From Chrysomallon squamiferum (taxonomy: Eukaryota > Animalia > Mollusca): a DNA stretch of 64,000 nucleotides. Each line of letters opens with the position of its first letter. Positions within the stretch are counted from its first letter, which is position 1. Made by a program: the position numbers and the translations under genes. Positions 30,417 to 45,859 of the stretch are shown one piece after another. The stretch lies in contig CM022672.1 in the NCBI GenBank assembly GCA_012295275.1, positions 9,796,001-9,860,000 on the forward strand. The letters run 5' to 3'. The notes beneath the pieces are model-generated. The model had not been told where the DNA came from. It was given only the letters and a program-made list of their open reading frames with translations, and did no database searches.

Positions 30417-31671
30417 ATTGTTTGATTATTATATATTTGCTTAAGGTTTATTTTTAAAGGAAAATCCAGAATTTAAACTAAATAAACATATGTATTTATC
30501 TATTTATTTTTCTTTCTAATATATATTATGTATCTATATATGTATTTTATATCTATTACTGGTCTACCTGTCTGTCTGTCTGTCTACTATTTATTCATCT
30601 TTTTATCTGTTTACAGATCAATGTATATATCTATATCTGTACAAACATATTTTCTGTTTACATTCTTTGTTAAAAAAAACTGAAACACATTTTAACATGC
30701 ATTAAATGTTATTTATATAAGAAAATATTATTTTACATCTCTACAAAAAAAAAAAAAAAAAAAAAAAACCTGGGTAAAACATAACACAAGAATTCTGCTT
30801 ATGGACATGCAGATCATAAAACTTCCAAAAATATATTGTTTTTGTCACTGCATCATTATCAGCATGCTTCTGTAGTTATGTCAGTTTGCTGATGTATTCA
30901 AGGTGTTTTATGTCTGTTTAAGTGTGACGTGACAAACAAATGTTACTACAGCGATACACTCAACATCATAATAAACACACCATTCTCTCTTTCAAGACCA
31001 TGAAAAACCAGGAATAAACAGTAAGAATTTATGTCTGTGGAACCACAACAACCAGAATATTGACACAACCTGGGTTTTTTTTTAAAACCTGAGCAGTGAA
31101 AATCTATTTCATGCAGAAAAAGGGTTAGTGTGTGCATGTGAGTGTGTAGATGTATATATGTGTATGTGTCTGTTTATGATTGCTTTTGTATATATCTGAG
31201 TGTGTATATATGTGAGTGTATGTTTGTATGTTTGTATATAGGTGTCTATGCTCATATGACAAATTTGGTAATATCTCTGAATATTCAAACTAAATAAGAC
31301 ATTAACACTCTAATAGGTGAATAAATTGCAAGATTATGACATACAACCTTCTCTTAAAACAGTGAAAATGCTTTCAAATCATAACTTTAATTAAATCCAA
31401 ATATTTACAAGACTGCAAGGATTTTGAACTGGAAAAGTACTGATAATATTTCTAATTAGCAGAGGCTGTATCTAAGAATATTGACTTTCCCTTAATACCA
31501 TATCACATCAAAACACAGAGCGCAAAGAACTGTGCTAGAACAATGGTATATTATACTCCTGTATTATTACCTGTGTTGTTTGTTCTGTATATAAAATATC
31601 AACATTTCTTTCATTAGCATCACGAAGAGCAAGACTAATTTAAGTTTGTAAGGATAACCATTATTAGGAAA

Positions 31672-31709
<38 letters not shown>

Positions 31710-32427
31710 AGAAGACGTATTTTCCTTCTCATATTAAAACCAATGAAGATACGAAGAACAATCCTAAAACTACAGTATCAATATTTCATTGAAATAATCT
31801 ATAGCTTAGAAAACTGAGGATTATGGGACCTAGTCTTCATCTGGGTTTTTAATTATTTCCAGATTTATGCTTATTTCTGGTTTAAGAAAGGTCGTGAATG
31901 TTTTTACTTTCTGTGAGAAGGTGGATATAAAAGATTTTTTGCTGCTAATCAAAAATTTTTACCATTGCATGATAATTTTGTATCTCTTATTATCTGTGTT
32001 GTTATTTAATGACTATGGAACCATATAAATATGTTGAAATTTACAAAAGAAAATATTTTTTTGGTTTATTTTTTAGCTATTGTTTGAAGTTTGTGATCAT
32101 CGGACTCCCTTGAAAACAAAACAAAATAATTAGTTTATGAATGTACTTCAAAAACAATTTTGATTATTTTGTATCATTAAGAAGCCATCAGTCTCTAAAA
32201 TAGTCTAATATCTAACACTTTTGAGTCGTTAAAATACCATTAAATATACAGAGAACGAATAACAAAAAGAAACAAAATAAAATAAATATAAGAAATAAAA
32301 AATAAAAAATTAATTAATTAATAAAAACAAAATAATATAAATTAAATAAGCAACTAAAATAAATAAAACAATAAATAAAATAACAAATAAATAAATAAAT
32401 AAATAATAATAAAAAGATAAACAAAAA

Positions 32428-32458
<31 letters not shown>

Positions 32459-33042
32459 AAAATAAATAAAATAAAATAAAATAAAATAAAATAAAATAAA
32501 TAAAGACATAAAAGACACATAAAAAACAGAAAATAGTACTTAACTATCTACAGTCAATTTTTAAAATTGCACTCTCTTGACCAATGAAGCACACAAGAAC
32601 TGTACACAATACTGCAAGCTATGAAATAACCATCTGGTACAAACACTACAGGGATTACATTATTTCACCGATGCAGAGAGCTGAAGTCCTCTGACAGGAG
32701 AGATATGTGGTCTGCACACAGTGTGACTGTTTTACACTTTGCTCTGTTTTATGTTGCCATCCTGGGAACAGGCAGTGGTATGAATCTCAGAACTCCTGGG
32801 CCAGTCGTTTGCAGTAAATGGTATCAGTGTAAAAGATACAGAGGTGTGACAGGAGGTTAAGTGTTTCATTTTGTCCATTCTGTTTAATGCCAATGACTGT
32901 GTGTAAAGTTTGATGACATTTTTTTTTTCTTCATCTTCTTTGTCTTATTACTATTATTTACTCTTTTTTTTAATTATTTATTTTATTTTTATTTTTATAT
33001 TTTTTAAATATATATATATATATATTTATATATACATATTTG

Positions 33043-33980
33043 AAAATTAATAATTCTTTTGTGGTGATTTTGCCCAAACCTATGTTCCCAAAGATAAGAA
33101 ACATTTATTTCAGTACTAATTACAGATATCTTATTTTAATCTGCTTTATGTTTCTGGAAATGTTAAGATATGATACACCTGCACAAACAAAAATAAAATT
33201 AATAATTTCTGAATTCTCTGTGGTAATGAAGAAGTTGGATAATACCATATCTATATATTTTAGTTATTTTATTATTTATTCAAAGCAGTCTTTTCAAATG
33301 CTGGTGAGATAAATTGGAGAAAAATTATTGCATTTTTTTTTTTAAAGTTTTTTTTATGTATTATTATTTGTTAAAACATTTTTCCATGATTATTGTTGTA
33401 TGTACATTTGAAACAACAGCAGCAGATAATGATGTCTGTTCATGAACTTATAACATGAACCCAGTTTCAGACTACTAATTCAGCTTGACTTGGTGCATAT
33501 ATGTGTAACAAAAGTATTAAAAATGAGTTGTTTAGATCTACTTAGAGAAACAAACTACTTCAAGGTATGTTTGAAATTCAACAGAAACTGTGAAAAAAAA
33601 GAAAGAAAAACAATTCATGCATTATTGAATGTTGTCATAAAAATGTATTTCTGACTAATGCAAAAACATGACTGGTGCACATACGTGCAATAAAAGTGTG
33701 AAAAACAGTTTACTTTGTTCCATTCATATGCATAGGGTACTAAAGTAGATGCTCAGAATTCCACAGAGATGGTTTGTAAGTATTATCCAACTACTTCATT
33801 ACTGCAGAGAATTCTGAAATTAATTTTATGTTTGTTTCTGCACATGTATCGTATCTTAACATTTCCAGAAACATAAAGCAGATTAAAATAAGATATCTAT
33901 AATTAATACTGAAAGAAATATTTCTTAGCTTTGGGAACATAAATGTGGGCAAAATCCCAAAACAGAAGTTATTAATTTTA
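33043..33980. repeat. Long inverted repeat: ~200 bp arms (33043-33245 and 33780-33980) around a ~530 bp spacer
   Basis: The arms are reverse complements with scattered mismatches; the track translates the same pseudo-peptide (NYRYLILICFMFLEMLRYDT) on opposite strands. Confidence 0.92.
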
Positions 33981-34194
33981 ATATATATGAAGAATTTTGA
34001 AAGCATAAGTTGGGTTGTTATGAATGGATGACTGAATGATGTGTTCCTGGCTTCCACCTAAAAGAAAAATAATGAACCTAGCCAGTACACCAGAGTATTT
34101 TCTTTCTTTTAATATATTAAACAAGCTCTTGCTATGTATTACCTGTGCTGTGTTTTTAAAAAAAAATTAATATGTTAACACAGAGAAATAGTGC

Positions 34195-34198
<4 letters not shown>

Positions 34199-34273
<75 letters not shown>
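34199..34273. repeat. (GA)n microsatellite
   Basis: Perfect dinucleotide run. Confidence 0.95.
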
Positions 34274-34277
<4 letters not shown>

Positions 34278-34319
34278 GAAAATGTAAGTACAGAATATCA
34301 GTTTGGAACATCTGAATAC

Positions 34320-34585
34320 AAAAAGTTAGCAAGAGCAAGTAAGTATGAAATATAGGCTGTAGAAAAATATTAACAGCAGGAATAAAACATCAGTTTGCAA
34401 CAGGGCTTAATAGAAAAGTTAACAGAAAAAACAACAACATCAATTTGCAAAAGCTGAATATAAACATTAACAGCAAGAACAAAACATCAATTTGCAACAA
34501 CCGAATACAATTATGAACTAGAAAATTTACATACAAACTTTGAGCTGTATACAAAAGTTAGCAGCAAGAACAAAACATCAATAGC
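34320..34585. repeat. Degenerate ~50 bp tandem repeat (TTAACAGCAAGAACAAAACATCAATTTGCAAC)
   Basis: 4-5 diverged copies. Confidence 0.7.
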
Positions 34586-36564
34586 TGTGTGCTATTAAGT
34601 CTGCTGCTGTAATTGTACTACCTTCTCTAGAACTGATCACCCTTGAGACCGCACACATCCAATTTGTACGAGATTCAATATTCTCAACAATTCTCACTGT
34701 ACCTCGCTCTGTAAACAATTTCACCACCAAAATAACTAACTGTAATGTGATAAATTGATGAAGCTTAAATACCTGGATCTGTCTCTTGTTTCTGAGTGTG
34801 TACAAGTCCTAAATTTAATTAATTAATTAATTTAAATTTCAATAACTGTATGAATAATTTCATCACCAAAATAATAAGAGTGATGTGTTAAACTGATGAA
34901 GTCTACTGGATCTGTCTACTGGTTTAAAGTGTACAAGTTTTAAAAATAAATTATATATATATATAAATACTATAGGATACTATTTACCATATAATTTGAT
35001 AAACTGTTCAAGGATTATTGGCTTTGTGCTCTCTGTTTTGTTATGGAAAATAGAGCCAAATCTGATTTTTGAGTTATGTTTTTTTGAATGAAATTTTGGT
35101 TAATATGAAACATTTGATAAAACTTTAATTAGGAAAATGTGATGTGAAATTTTGTTACATATATATATAGATATAGATATATGTATGTATGTATGTATGT
35201 ATAAGGAATGTATGACCTAATCTGAAAAACAGTTACAATTAAATGCTCATTCATATCATTTCAATTTTGCTCTTGACAAGCGCAAATCACATTATTCATA
35301 AAACAGTTCTCAAAAATATTTTTTTCTTTCGATATATAGCTCCTAACTGTCTGGGTGCTGTTAATTTGATTACCTAAATTACTTAACAGTTGTTTACACT
35401 GCTACAAACCTTTTATTTGGTGATTTGCAAATTATCGGAATACTAAAACACCTGAAGATTGAAAAGGTGTTAAGAACCAAAAAAACAAAACACACCATAA
35501 TGTCTAATATATCAAAGTTATGGATCTTCCATGTTAATTGTTCTGTTGAGTGATTCCTATTTCAAAAAATATAAAATACTGCTATTGTTTCATTTCTACA
35601 CCTGAGGTTCATGGAATCAATCCTTGGTTTGCCCATTCCAACCAATATCTCATATCTGGTATGTAATATATTCTGGTACATGTTTTCCCTAACTATGGTA
35701 CATAAAAAATGATTCGTTATAGCTAATGAAAAATAACAGTTGCACAACAATATGTTTCATCTGATTTAATCAGGATAGAGAAATAATATTAATGTCTCAA
35801 TGAGTTAAAGAACAGTCAGACATTCACTCATCAGTGTTCTTTTATCAAAGTCTAAATGAAGAGATAATAATATCAGGTTATCCAGTTTTCAAACATTTTT
35901 AGTTTATATAAATATATTTTTTGATTTTCCATATTATTATTATTTAATTTTAATTCACTCAAGATTATTTGTTGTATGTTCAATGTTATCAGTTTTTATA
36001 TCATGCTGTCATGCAAACAGTTGCAATGCACATCCAATTTTGACACATACTATATTTAGTTTGTTTCTCCAAAAACGTTTCAAGATTAATTAGAAAATTA
36101 CCAAGAGTATAATCATCCTCAAAGTCTAAAAAGATCTCTTCTGGCCATGACCTCCAACATGTCTGCCTGGAAAGAGGAAGGTGTATGACCAGAAAGATTA
36201 GAGAGAAAAGCTGACATGTTTATGTTATATCACTGGAGTTGACTTTAAGTAGGAGTCTGTATTGGGCAGCAGACTCCATGTCTGTCAGTCTCAACTGTAA
36301 TGTTTTAACCACTGCATCTAGTTATTTTCTCTCATGAACTTGTAAACCTAACACCAAAATATCCCATTCACATTATGATAGTATCTTAATTAACTGTCTG
36401 TCTATCTATTTGTCTATATACATCTATGTCTGAACATTCTATATGTATATACATGCTATACACATATTTAATATATATATATATCATAAACAAACACCCC
36501 TCCACACACACCTTCACAATGGAAAAAATATGTTCAAATGAAAATAGATAAAGTCAAGGGAAGA

Positions 36565-36775
36565 GTGGGGAAATCCAATGCCAGCATGGACTGTCTTGTT
36601 CTTTTAAGTTAACGGGACATTTTATCCCATCCCACAGAGAGGAAATAATAATAAATTCTTTACTAAAATTACAGTACACTGGATGGTACGGGAACTGATT
36701 TTGTGTGAACAGGACTGAACCCATCACGTATCACTCCTGCACTCTAACCACTGAGCGACACTCTGCCACTCTGAT
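36565..36775 (+). mobile_element. Decayed SINE-like copy with a reverse-oriented tRNA-like end
   Basis: GGGACATTTTATCCCATCCCACAGAGAGG...CACTGGATGGTACGGGAA...GGACTGAACCC...CACTCTAACCACTGAGC; the last part reads as GCTCAGTGGTTAGAGTG (A-box-like) on the minus strand. Confidence 0.55.
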
Positions 36776-39369
36776 ACAAAACAAAGACAGAATTAATCCA
36801 GCCTGCCTCAGTAACCCAGTCTTCTGATGTACAGTAATTCATACTGTAAACTCAATTATTACTCCTGCCTAACCTGTTTAACACCACCACAACACCACTG
36901 ACAATTACAGAAACCAGATTTATGACTGGCACACTTTAATTTTCATTATTCAAAAATCAATAATTAAGGAACTTCACTTGACATAATAAGAAAGGTGTTT
37001 GATTAATTAGAATTCTCTGATACACACAGAGAGGTCATACTGCATCAGTGTGATGATGTTTGATACATTAGAGAAATAACATATCAAAAAATCATCTGAT
37101 TGGCATCACGGGATTGTTTAATGTATATATACAATGGAAAGATTCCTGCATGCCTTTTGAATACACAGACTCACACATACACACATTCACACAGATAGAT
37201 GTTTTCAGATATATTGGATTATAATCATGTTATCTATATTATCTATATTTACATATAATATATGATATATGATGAAAAAAATTGAGATTTCATTAAGCAT
37301 AATAATTGATCTGTTTTAAACAAAGAATGCTGATTTTTATCAGCATATATATGGTCAATTTAACAAATCAGTACAGGTGTCTGACTGTAATACTATAATA
37401 GAACATAATCAGATTAAAGTGGAATTTTATTTTCTTGTTACACAAATTTAAAAGAACCACAACATTAGCTGAATTAAAGAATTAAAATGAAATACATATA
37501 TCCTGAACTTAGAAAAGTACTGTCTTTATCAAAAAAACCAACAACAACTGGCTACATGAAATCTTTGCTTTATTTATTACCTATTATTACATTATGATTA
37601 AATAAAAAAAAAAATAATAATAAAAAAAAATATATAATAAATAAATAAATTAAATATGACCTCTAAAAAAAATAAAAAAATAAAATAAAATAAAATAAAA
37701 ATAAAATAAAAAATTAAATTAAATTAAATTAAAATAAAATAAAATAAAATAAAATAAAATAAAATAAAATAAAATAAAATAAAATAAAAATAAAATAAAT
37801 AAAAATGAAATCTAATTAAAAATGACAAACACATAGCCTAAATCAAGATCACGACCCCCTTCAAACACAAAGGAAAAAAAAAAAAATCAATGACAGTGTG
37901 TTGAAGAATGATCTATTAACATTCACCCACTTTGCAACCATCAAGTAAATTAATATAAATAAAAATTTGATTTGACAGCCTGACAGCTAATCAATCACCT
38001 GTGTACAACATTTCACAATGCTTATGTCAGAAATATAATTTAATTGTACAGTTTTGCACACATCTGCTTACAAGCTGTAGAAAACAAAAGCGGCTTAATG
38101 TCTTGAGCAAGATGTTGTAAAAGTCAATCATTTTGGACACGAGACCATTAAATTTGTCTTAAAAGTCTTATATCGCTTTTTATCTTGATATATATGTGTC
38201 TATGTCTATGTATATATGTATATATGTATATATGTATATATGTATGTATGTATGTATATATATATATATATATGTGTGTGTGTGAAAGGACGAAAACTGT
38301 GTATGTTACAGAGTAACTGATAATAAACACATTGAGAACAATAATTTCAGGTTACTAAGCTAAGCTATTATTTTTCAGTTTATTGAAAAGTCAATAGTGT
38401 TATTTCTTCTTGTGTTAACTTAACCTGTGAGTCAGCTGGTTAATGTCTTAAATCAACTCACCTGACACATATAGTACTATACAGTTGTAATTATTATTAT
38501 TTTTTTTCTACTTTTATTATATATACATACATACATATATACAAATGCACGCACACATAAATACACATTCATATATAAAATACTTACCTTTGTACTGATA
38601 TAAATAGACATTCATGCATTTTAACCCTTAGAAATACAGAAACACACATCAAACATACAACCACATTCACCTGGACATTCAGTTTCATAATACCTAACAT
38701 TAATATCACAGACTTTCTATGTTTTTTATTTTTTTTTTTTTTTTTTTTTTTATTATTATTATTACTTTTATTATATAACAAATTTGATCATCATCATTAT
38801 TGTAACTGTTACAGTTTTTTTTTTTTTTACATTATCACATCATCATCATTTAGCAATTAGTTAATTTATTCTGTCATTAGAAAAATTTACATGTCATTAA
38901 CATTACAGAAAAACGTGTATTTCTATCATGCGTTTCTAACAAACCATGACAAACAAATAAAATTTATAGTGATGTCATTAAACATTCATTTCATTTTTAT
39001 TTTCAAAAACACTTTATACCACATTCTTTCCAGTCAGATAAAGCAATTCATCTGGCAATTACTGCGCCATAAATATAAAAATATCTGAATTTTATTTCCA
39101 TCTGACATCATTTCAATCTAACGGAGGTTAAAACATGTATGCAGAGTGTTGACAGAATGAAGTTTTTATGTGGTATGCTTTCCTCTGTACTTAATAATTA
39201 AAAAAAAAAAAGGCCAAAATATTAGACCTTAATAAATACATCATCTTCAGTTAAATCTTAGGAATGCTGAAAGGAAAAAGAATTTTTTAAAATGACAAGA
39301 AAAACTCGCAACTAAAATTTTACAAAACAAGAAAAAAACACAAAAAACAAAAACAAAAAACAATTGAAG

Positions 39370-39990
39370 TTATTTATAAAAGAAGTGGTCGAAATGGTGA
39401 TTAAAAAGCCAAGATTTGCAATTCCAGGAAAAATGAGGTTGACAATCCCTTCCCTTATCTGAAACCCTTAGAGACAGGATATAAATATAGTCAACAGGAT
39501 TTATTTCTAGGGGAAATATTCAGTAGAACATGTAAAATATACAAATGAAAGTAAATATAATTCCACCATTATACAAATGATATATTTCATGGAGAAAAAA
39601 AGTAATTCATTCCTAACTCCAAAAAAACCCCAAAACAACAACAACAAAACAATAAAGTACAATTTCCTAAGTGAGTCACTAGTGTATAGGATTTATTTAC
39701 AGCAAAAATATTCAGAGAACATATACATATACATATTAAACTAAATATATATGTACATAATTATGTAAGTGAATGCTTTATGTTCAAATGCATAAAGTCC
39801 CACAAAAAACAGTGCAAAGAATCTGAAAAAAAGAGTTGGTCCAAATGGTGATTAAAAAGACTAGCAAATCTATAGGCGACCGGCATCTTTGGAAAAATGA
39901 GGTTAACTATTAGTTCCTTATCTGAAATCCCCAGGGGCAGGATGTAAGTAATAATCTGTATAGATTTAGTTTTAAGGAAAACAGTTAAAT
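39370..39990. repeat. ~160 bp direct duplication (~39375-39530 and ~39828-39985)
   Basis: Both copies share AAATGGTGATTAAAAAG, GGAAAAATGAGGTT, CCTTATCTGAAA and CAGGAT. Confidence 0.8.
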
Positions 39991-40863
39991 ATTCATATAC
40001 ACATTAAAAAATAATAATAATAATAATAAATTTAAAAAAAATATATATATATATAATAAATAAATAAACGAAAAATATAATAAATAAATAATAATAAAAC
40101 AGAATAATAATAATAAAAAATACATGTGAAAAAGCAAAAAAGAAACATTAAAAAAATACAGAAATACAAAGAAAGAAATAAAAATAAATAAATAAATAAA
40201 CAAGAGGTATTCTCAGAGATATTACAGTCTAAAAGATTTACACATGAAAAACATTCAAAAATATTTGTAATAAACTGATTATATATACTAATATATAATT
40301 AAACAAAAGTAATGTTTTAAACAAAAAAACAACAAATAACTAATAAATAACAATAAACAACCCCCCCCAAAAAATCATTCTTTTGAAAACTCCAGTTGTA
40401 TATACATATATGATACATACAACAATTTCACAATAAAAAAAAACAGCAGCTCATTATTTTCCCATACTTTATTTTTAGCAAAGTTTGGTTATTGAAGACT
40501 GGTCTCCTCATCTCCTGCATTCTAACCGTTCACTCTTGAGCTCTTATAAGTGTTTGTTTACATCACTGGATGTTGATTTTAATTAAATTTACTTGAACAG
40601 CAGGTACTTGAGATAAAGTCTTTGACATGTTCCATCTACTCCATTATAAACCTGATATCTAACGAGCCGATTAATGGCTGAAATCAAGAACAATGCATGG
40701 CAGCAGAGTTTTGTGATGGTGGACACGTAGGTACTCATTAATGATCAAATGATTAATGAAAAGGTTTTGCTTTCCTCTCACTGGTACTGTTTGATTTAAT
40801 GATGTAAAGGTATATAATTAGAGCTAAATGGATGATTAATTTGTCTGTTCTGGTCAAAAGAAG

Positions 40864-40895
<32 letters not shown>

Positions 40896-42164
40896 GGAGA
40901 AAGTTTGTCTGTGTGTTGTGTAGGGAAAATGAATTTTGTTAGTAATGTTGTTTATTGTATGGCACTTTGTTTGTGGTAAACAATGATGTTACCAAATCCT
41001 TAAAAAAAGAAAAGAAATAAATAAAGAAAAAAAAAAGATAAGAAAGTTGATTTAGAGAGAGAGAGAACTGTAAAAGAAGAAAAAGAAACAAAGAAAGAAA
41101 GAAAAAATGAAAGAAGGAAAGAAAAGTGAAAAAGGAGAAAGAAATGGAAGAAAAATGAAAGAAAGAAAAGTATAAAAGAAGAAAGAAAACAGAAGAATTG
41201 AAAGTTTATAAAAAGTTAAAAAGAAAAAGTGAAGAAGAAGAAAGAAAAGAGTAGAAGAAATAAAATGGAAGAAAAAGAGAACACTGAAAAAAAAAAATAC
41301 TTAAGAACAAGAAAGAAAAGAAAACCTTTAGGAAAATGCTGACTAAGAGAAACAAACAAACAAATCATAAATGAAAAACAAAGACAAACAGAAAAAAGTA
41401 AAAAAAAAAAAAAAAAAAAACCTGAAAGAAATCTTATAAACAACAAAGAAAGAAAACACAAGAACAAAACGATATGCAAACCAAAGAAAACAAAACAACC
41501 CTTAAACAATTCTGAACTAATTTATGTCGAGGACATCTGTACAGGTAAATACAAGAAGACAAGCAGTCAATGAATTAAGTTGGGAAACAAGATATATCCA
41601 TTTTTTCAAAATGTCTGCTTGTTTGATCAACTGTACATGCTGTTTTGGGAGAAAGGGTAAAACGAGCTCTCTGTCGCTGGTTTATGGCTGAAAAGATCTT
41701 ACCTGTATCGTCCCAGCATTCTGGTTTTTAAATATTCCCTCTTTTTATTGGTTATAAACCATGCATTTATGATGAGGAAAGCAACTGTTTAAAGTACATT
41801 CTTGCTGTTTTTGTTGTTAGTGTTTGCTTTCCGAATTCATAAACACTGTTGAAATAAACACACTATCTTTGTTAATTAGATTAGTAATGATGTTAACTTT
41901 CTGCTTAAATATGTAACAACAGCAGCAACAAATAGTGGTGGAAATAGCTGTGATGGTGAAAGCAATTTTCAGAAAGTAGTAACAGTATTTGTAGTAGTAG
42001 TAGTAGTAGTAGTAGTAATAATAGTTGAAGTAGTAGCATTTGTAGAAGTTGTAGTAATTATAGCAGTAGTCATAGTTATATAGTATCAGTATTATTAGTA
42101 CAATTAGTAATATTAGTACTATTAATAAACAATATCAGTTTCATTTAGGGATAATTTAAACATT

Positions 42165-42435
42165 TTCAAAGAAAATGATCATCACCATGAATATATCTAA
42201 TTTTAAACATACTTATTATGACATTTACTTTAAGCATGACTCAATCTTAAGTTAAAAAAAGTGCACTATACAGTATATGGTATTTCAGAAACTTTGCGTG
42301 TAGAGTGAAAATATGAACACAAACATGGACACATCTAATTTTAAAACATATTCATTATGACCTTTACTCTGTCCATGACAAGATTTACAGTAATTCAAAA
42401 TACGTAACACAGTATATCGTATTTCAAAGAACAAA
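42165..42435. repeat. ~135 bp tandem duplication
   Basis: ATCTAATTTTAAA(A)CATA...ATTATGAC.TTTACT...CATGAC...ACAGTATAT.GTATTTCA occurs twice. Confidence 0.75.
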
Positions 42436-43941
42436 ACTCTGCCAGTTGGACAGAAGATATCATTCTGCAGATGTGGATTGCAGAAGATTTTCAGAAAATT
42501 CATTCACAGAACAATATAAATGTCAGCAAAGCCCAAGATACTACAAAAGTTGTTTGTTTCATTGCAAATCTTTTGACACGTTTGTTAGTTTAGCAAGATA
42601 GATAGCAGTGTGGATATGTCAGGTATCATCAGGTACACACACATCTCTGTGTATTCAGCTTCAAAAACAAATACAGAAGTCTACAAGCCACGTTTCATAC
42701 CTGCAGGGTTTTAGTTAAAAAAAAAATAAAAAAAAATATTTCCTGTAATTCCTGGAAGGTATGTCATGATATAATAGAGATTCCCAGTAGATAGAATAAA
42801 ATATGAAAACTAAAAATTAAGATGAAAAAGATGAATGTTTCACATTAAGAGTCTTTGCAGACTGCGTTTGGTAATGGTTTTATCAGTTTATAAAAAGTAT
42901 TTATTAAATAACCATCTGTTTGATGTAAAGATATACAAGTTAACATAGCTGGATGAAATGTCAGGAAATTAAATATAAATAATCAATTAGTGAAAATATA
43001 ATCAGAGAGAGTGAGAGAAAGAGAGAGGGTAGGAAACAGTAAGAGAAAAAGAGAGAGTTTTTTTTTTTTCATGTTAATGTATAAGCTTTGTTAACAATGT
43101 TATGTAATGGTGACCTTATTTGTCTTTATTTATAAAAGCTAAAATCTTTAAGGGTAAACAGTACAGTGAAAATGATGATGATGATTATAAAATAATAAAT
43201 TTTAATGATATTAAGCATAAATTAGTAAAAAGAAAGAATCACGTTCCTAATGCAAAAAGAAATTGTAATTTTGTGATTTGTAAAAAATATAAAAATATAA
43301 AATAAAATAAAAATAAATAAATGCATTTCTTTATTAATATAAATCAATTACTTTATGATATAGTTACAGTTTATCTATTTACTTCTCTATCCAGATAATC
43401 AAAAACTACTTCCAAAACATATCTCACAGCTTCTTTTTCACTAACACCAAAAACAAATACTCAAACATTTCCTAACTCTTTTCACTAATATCAAAACAAA
43501 CCGTCAGAGATTTCATAAATCTTTTACCCACATCGAAATTACTCCTGCCCAGGAGTACATATTCAACAAAAAAAAAAAAAAAACTCGATCAATATTCACC
43601 AAGCAAGACATGAATTTGATGATGATTAAATCAAATGGACATCAAAGTGAGAAATAATGTTCTGACAAGTAAAAAAACAATTCACATGTAATCATCGTGG
43701 CTTTGAAACGTGAACGTGTATGTAACCACCACAATGCTCTGGTGTAATTGTTTCCGCAGTAAATTGATTAGACAGAAACCCATTCCACCACCACCACCAC
43801 CAGCAGCAGCATCCCCGCACACGAGATAATTTGTCCTGCCTCACACTTTGTTCTTCAATCACTGTTTTATTAACTCATCATCAGTGTGCATAATAGGATT
43901 CATTGCTCAATCATTGCAAGGGAGAGGAAATTATCAATCTG

Positions 43942-43944
<3 letters not shown>

Positions 43945-43996
<52 letters not shown>

Positions 43997-44053
43997 GACG
44001 AACATAAGCATTTATGCAGACAAAGACATACAGAGACAAATAAAAACATGCAC

Positions 44054-44087
<34 letters not shown>

Positions 44088-44371
44088 TGCACACACGCAT
44101 GCACACACATATATAAGTATATATATGTATGTTTATATGTATATATCTGTATGTGTGTGTATATATGTATATATGCATGTGTGTATATATATATATATAT
44201 ACACACATACAAACATAGGCACATATATAGACACAGATATACACACATGCTGTCATGCATGTACACACATTCAGACACATAAACACTAAAGTAATTATAA
44301 GTCCACTTTTAATATCAGTAAAATAATAAACAGTTATAATAACACTTGCCTGACTGTGTTCTGTGTATGTG

Positions 44372-44425
<54 letters not shown>
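43945..44425. repeat. Compound (CA)n/(TA)n/(TG)n microsatellite block
   Basis: Direct inspection; accounts for ORFs 43848, 43900 and 44012. Confidence 0.92.
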
Positions 44426-45063
44426 TCTGTGTTTACACAAGGATGAAAAAGATAACAACAACACGGGAAAAATTTTATAAATCGTTTACATATTTAACGA
44501 GAACAAAAAATTAATTATAAAAAAAAAAAGATAAATAAATGTGTGGATGGATAAAAATTTACAAGAGAATATGTAATAATTGCAAAAACAAATACTGGTT
44601 TTAGATGCAGCTTTGAGAAAACACAGCACACAATATGGTTCATCCTGGGCTCAATTAACCTTAAAGTTAACCCTTTATCTGATGACAAATTAAATTTCTC
44701 TCTTTTTAAAGAACATTTAATTTCTTGTAAACAGTACTGATGGGAAATGATTCCTGCTAATGTTATGGTTATTGTTTTTTGGAAATTGTGTTTTTCAGTA
44801 ACTAATCCCTAACTTATTAACTAACCAAATAAAGTCAAACTGTACTAGCTGGGTTTATACTCAGGAGAAAAAGACTTAACCTTGTTCTCACAATAATAAA
44901 CCTAGAGGAAAAACAGACATGGGAAAAGGTAAATAATGTAGGAGAAGAAATAACAACTCAACCCCCAAAACCAAAAAAAAAACAAAAAAAAACAAAACAA
45001 AAATAAAATTGAAATAATAATAATAATAATAAAAAAAATAATAATAAAATAAAATAAAATAAA

Positions 45064-45127
<64 letters not shown>

Positions 45128-45619
45128 TAAAATAAAAATAATATTATAATAATAATAATAATAATAATAATAGTAATAATAATAATAAATGTAATAAAAA
45201 CAAGACGATAATAACAACAGTACATTTAAAATAATAATAATAACAGTAAGAATAAGAAAAAACAAAAACAAAAAGAAACAAATAAGAAAAAGAAAGAAAG
45301 AAAAGAAGAAGAAGAAAAAGAATATAATGAAGAAAATCAAGGTTAATTAGTTATTTTGGATGCCTGTAACAGAATTTTATGATGTCTGAATGTTTTGGCA
45401 GTGATATATGTAAACCTCAGAAAACAATTAACATAGCATATGTACAACTAACTGACAATGGCATTTTTAATATAAATATTTACATATGAAAGCAAGTAAT
45501 GTTATCTAGAGAACTGAAAACAAAATTAAAAAATAAATGTTAGTGAAAAAAAGGTAGAAAAAGCATCAACAAACAACAAAACAATTATTGAAAAAAAAGA
45601 AGAAAAAAGAAAGCCCAAC

Positions 45620-45655
<36 letters not shown>

Positions 45656-45859
45656 TGTAATAGATAAATAAAAAATAGAATAAAATATTGTTCAGTGTTA
45701 CACATAATGCAGTGTGTCAAACACCATCCAATAATGTAAATAAAAGAAAACAAAATTTTTCATAAAATCAGATACACACACACACAAAAACACATACAAA
45801 CACATACATATAAAACCTCTTTAAGAAACAACAAAGAAAAAGAGATAATTTTGATGTAA

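Noticed and set aside
33040-34057. Two 'paralogous' ORFs on opposite strands
   Set aside because: They are translations of the inverted-repeat arms, start at non-ATG codons and are not protein-like.
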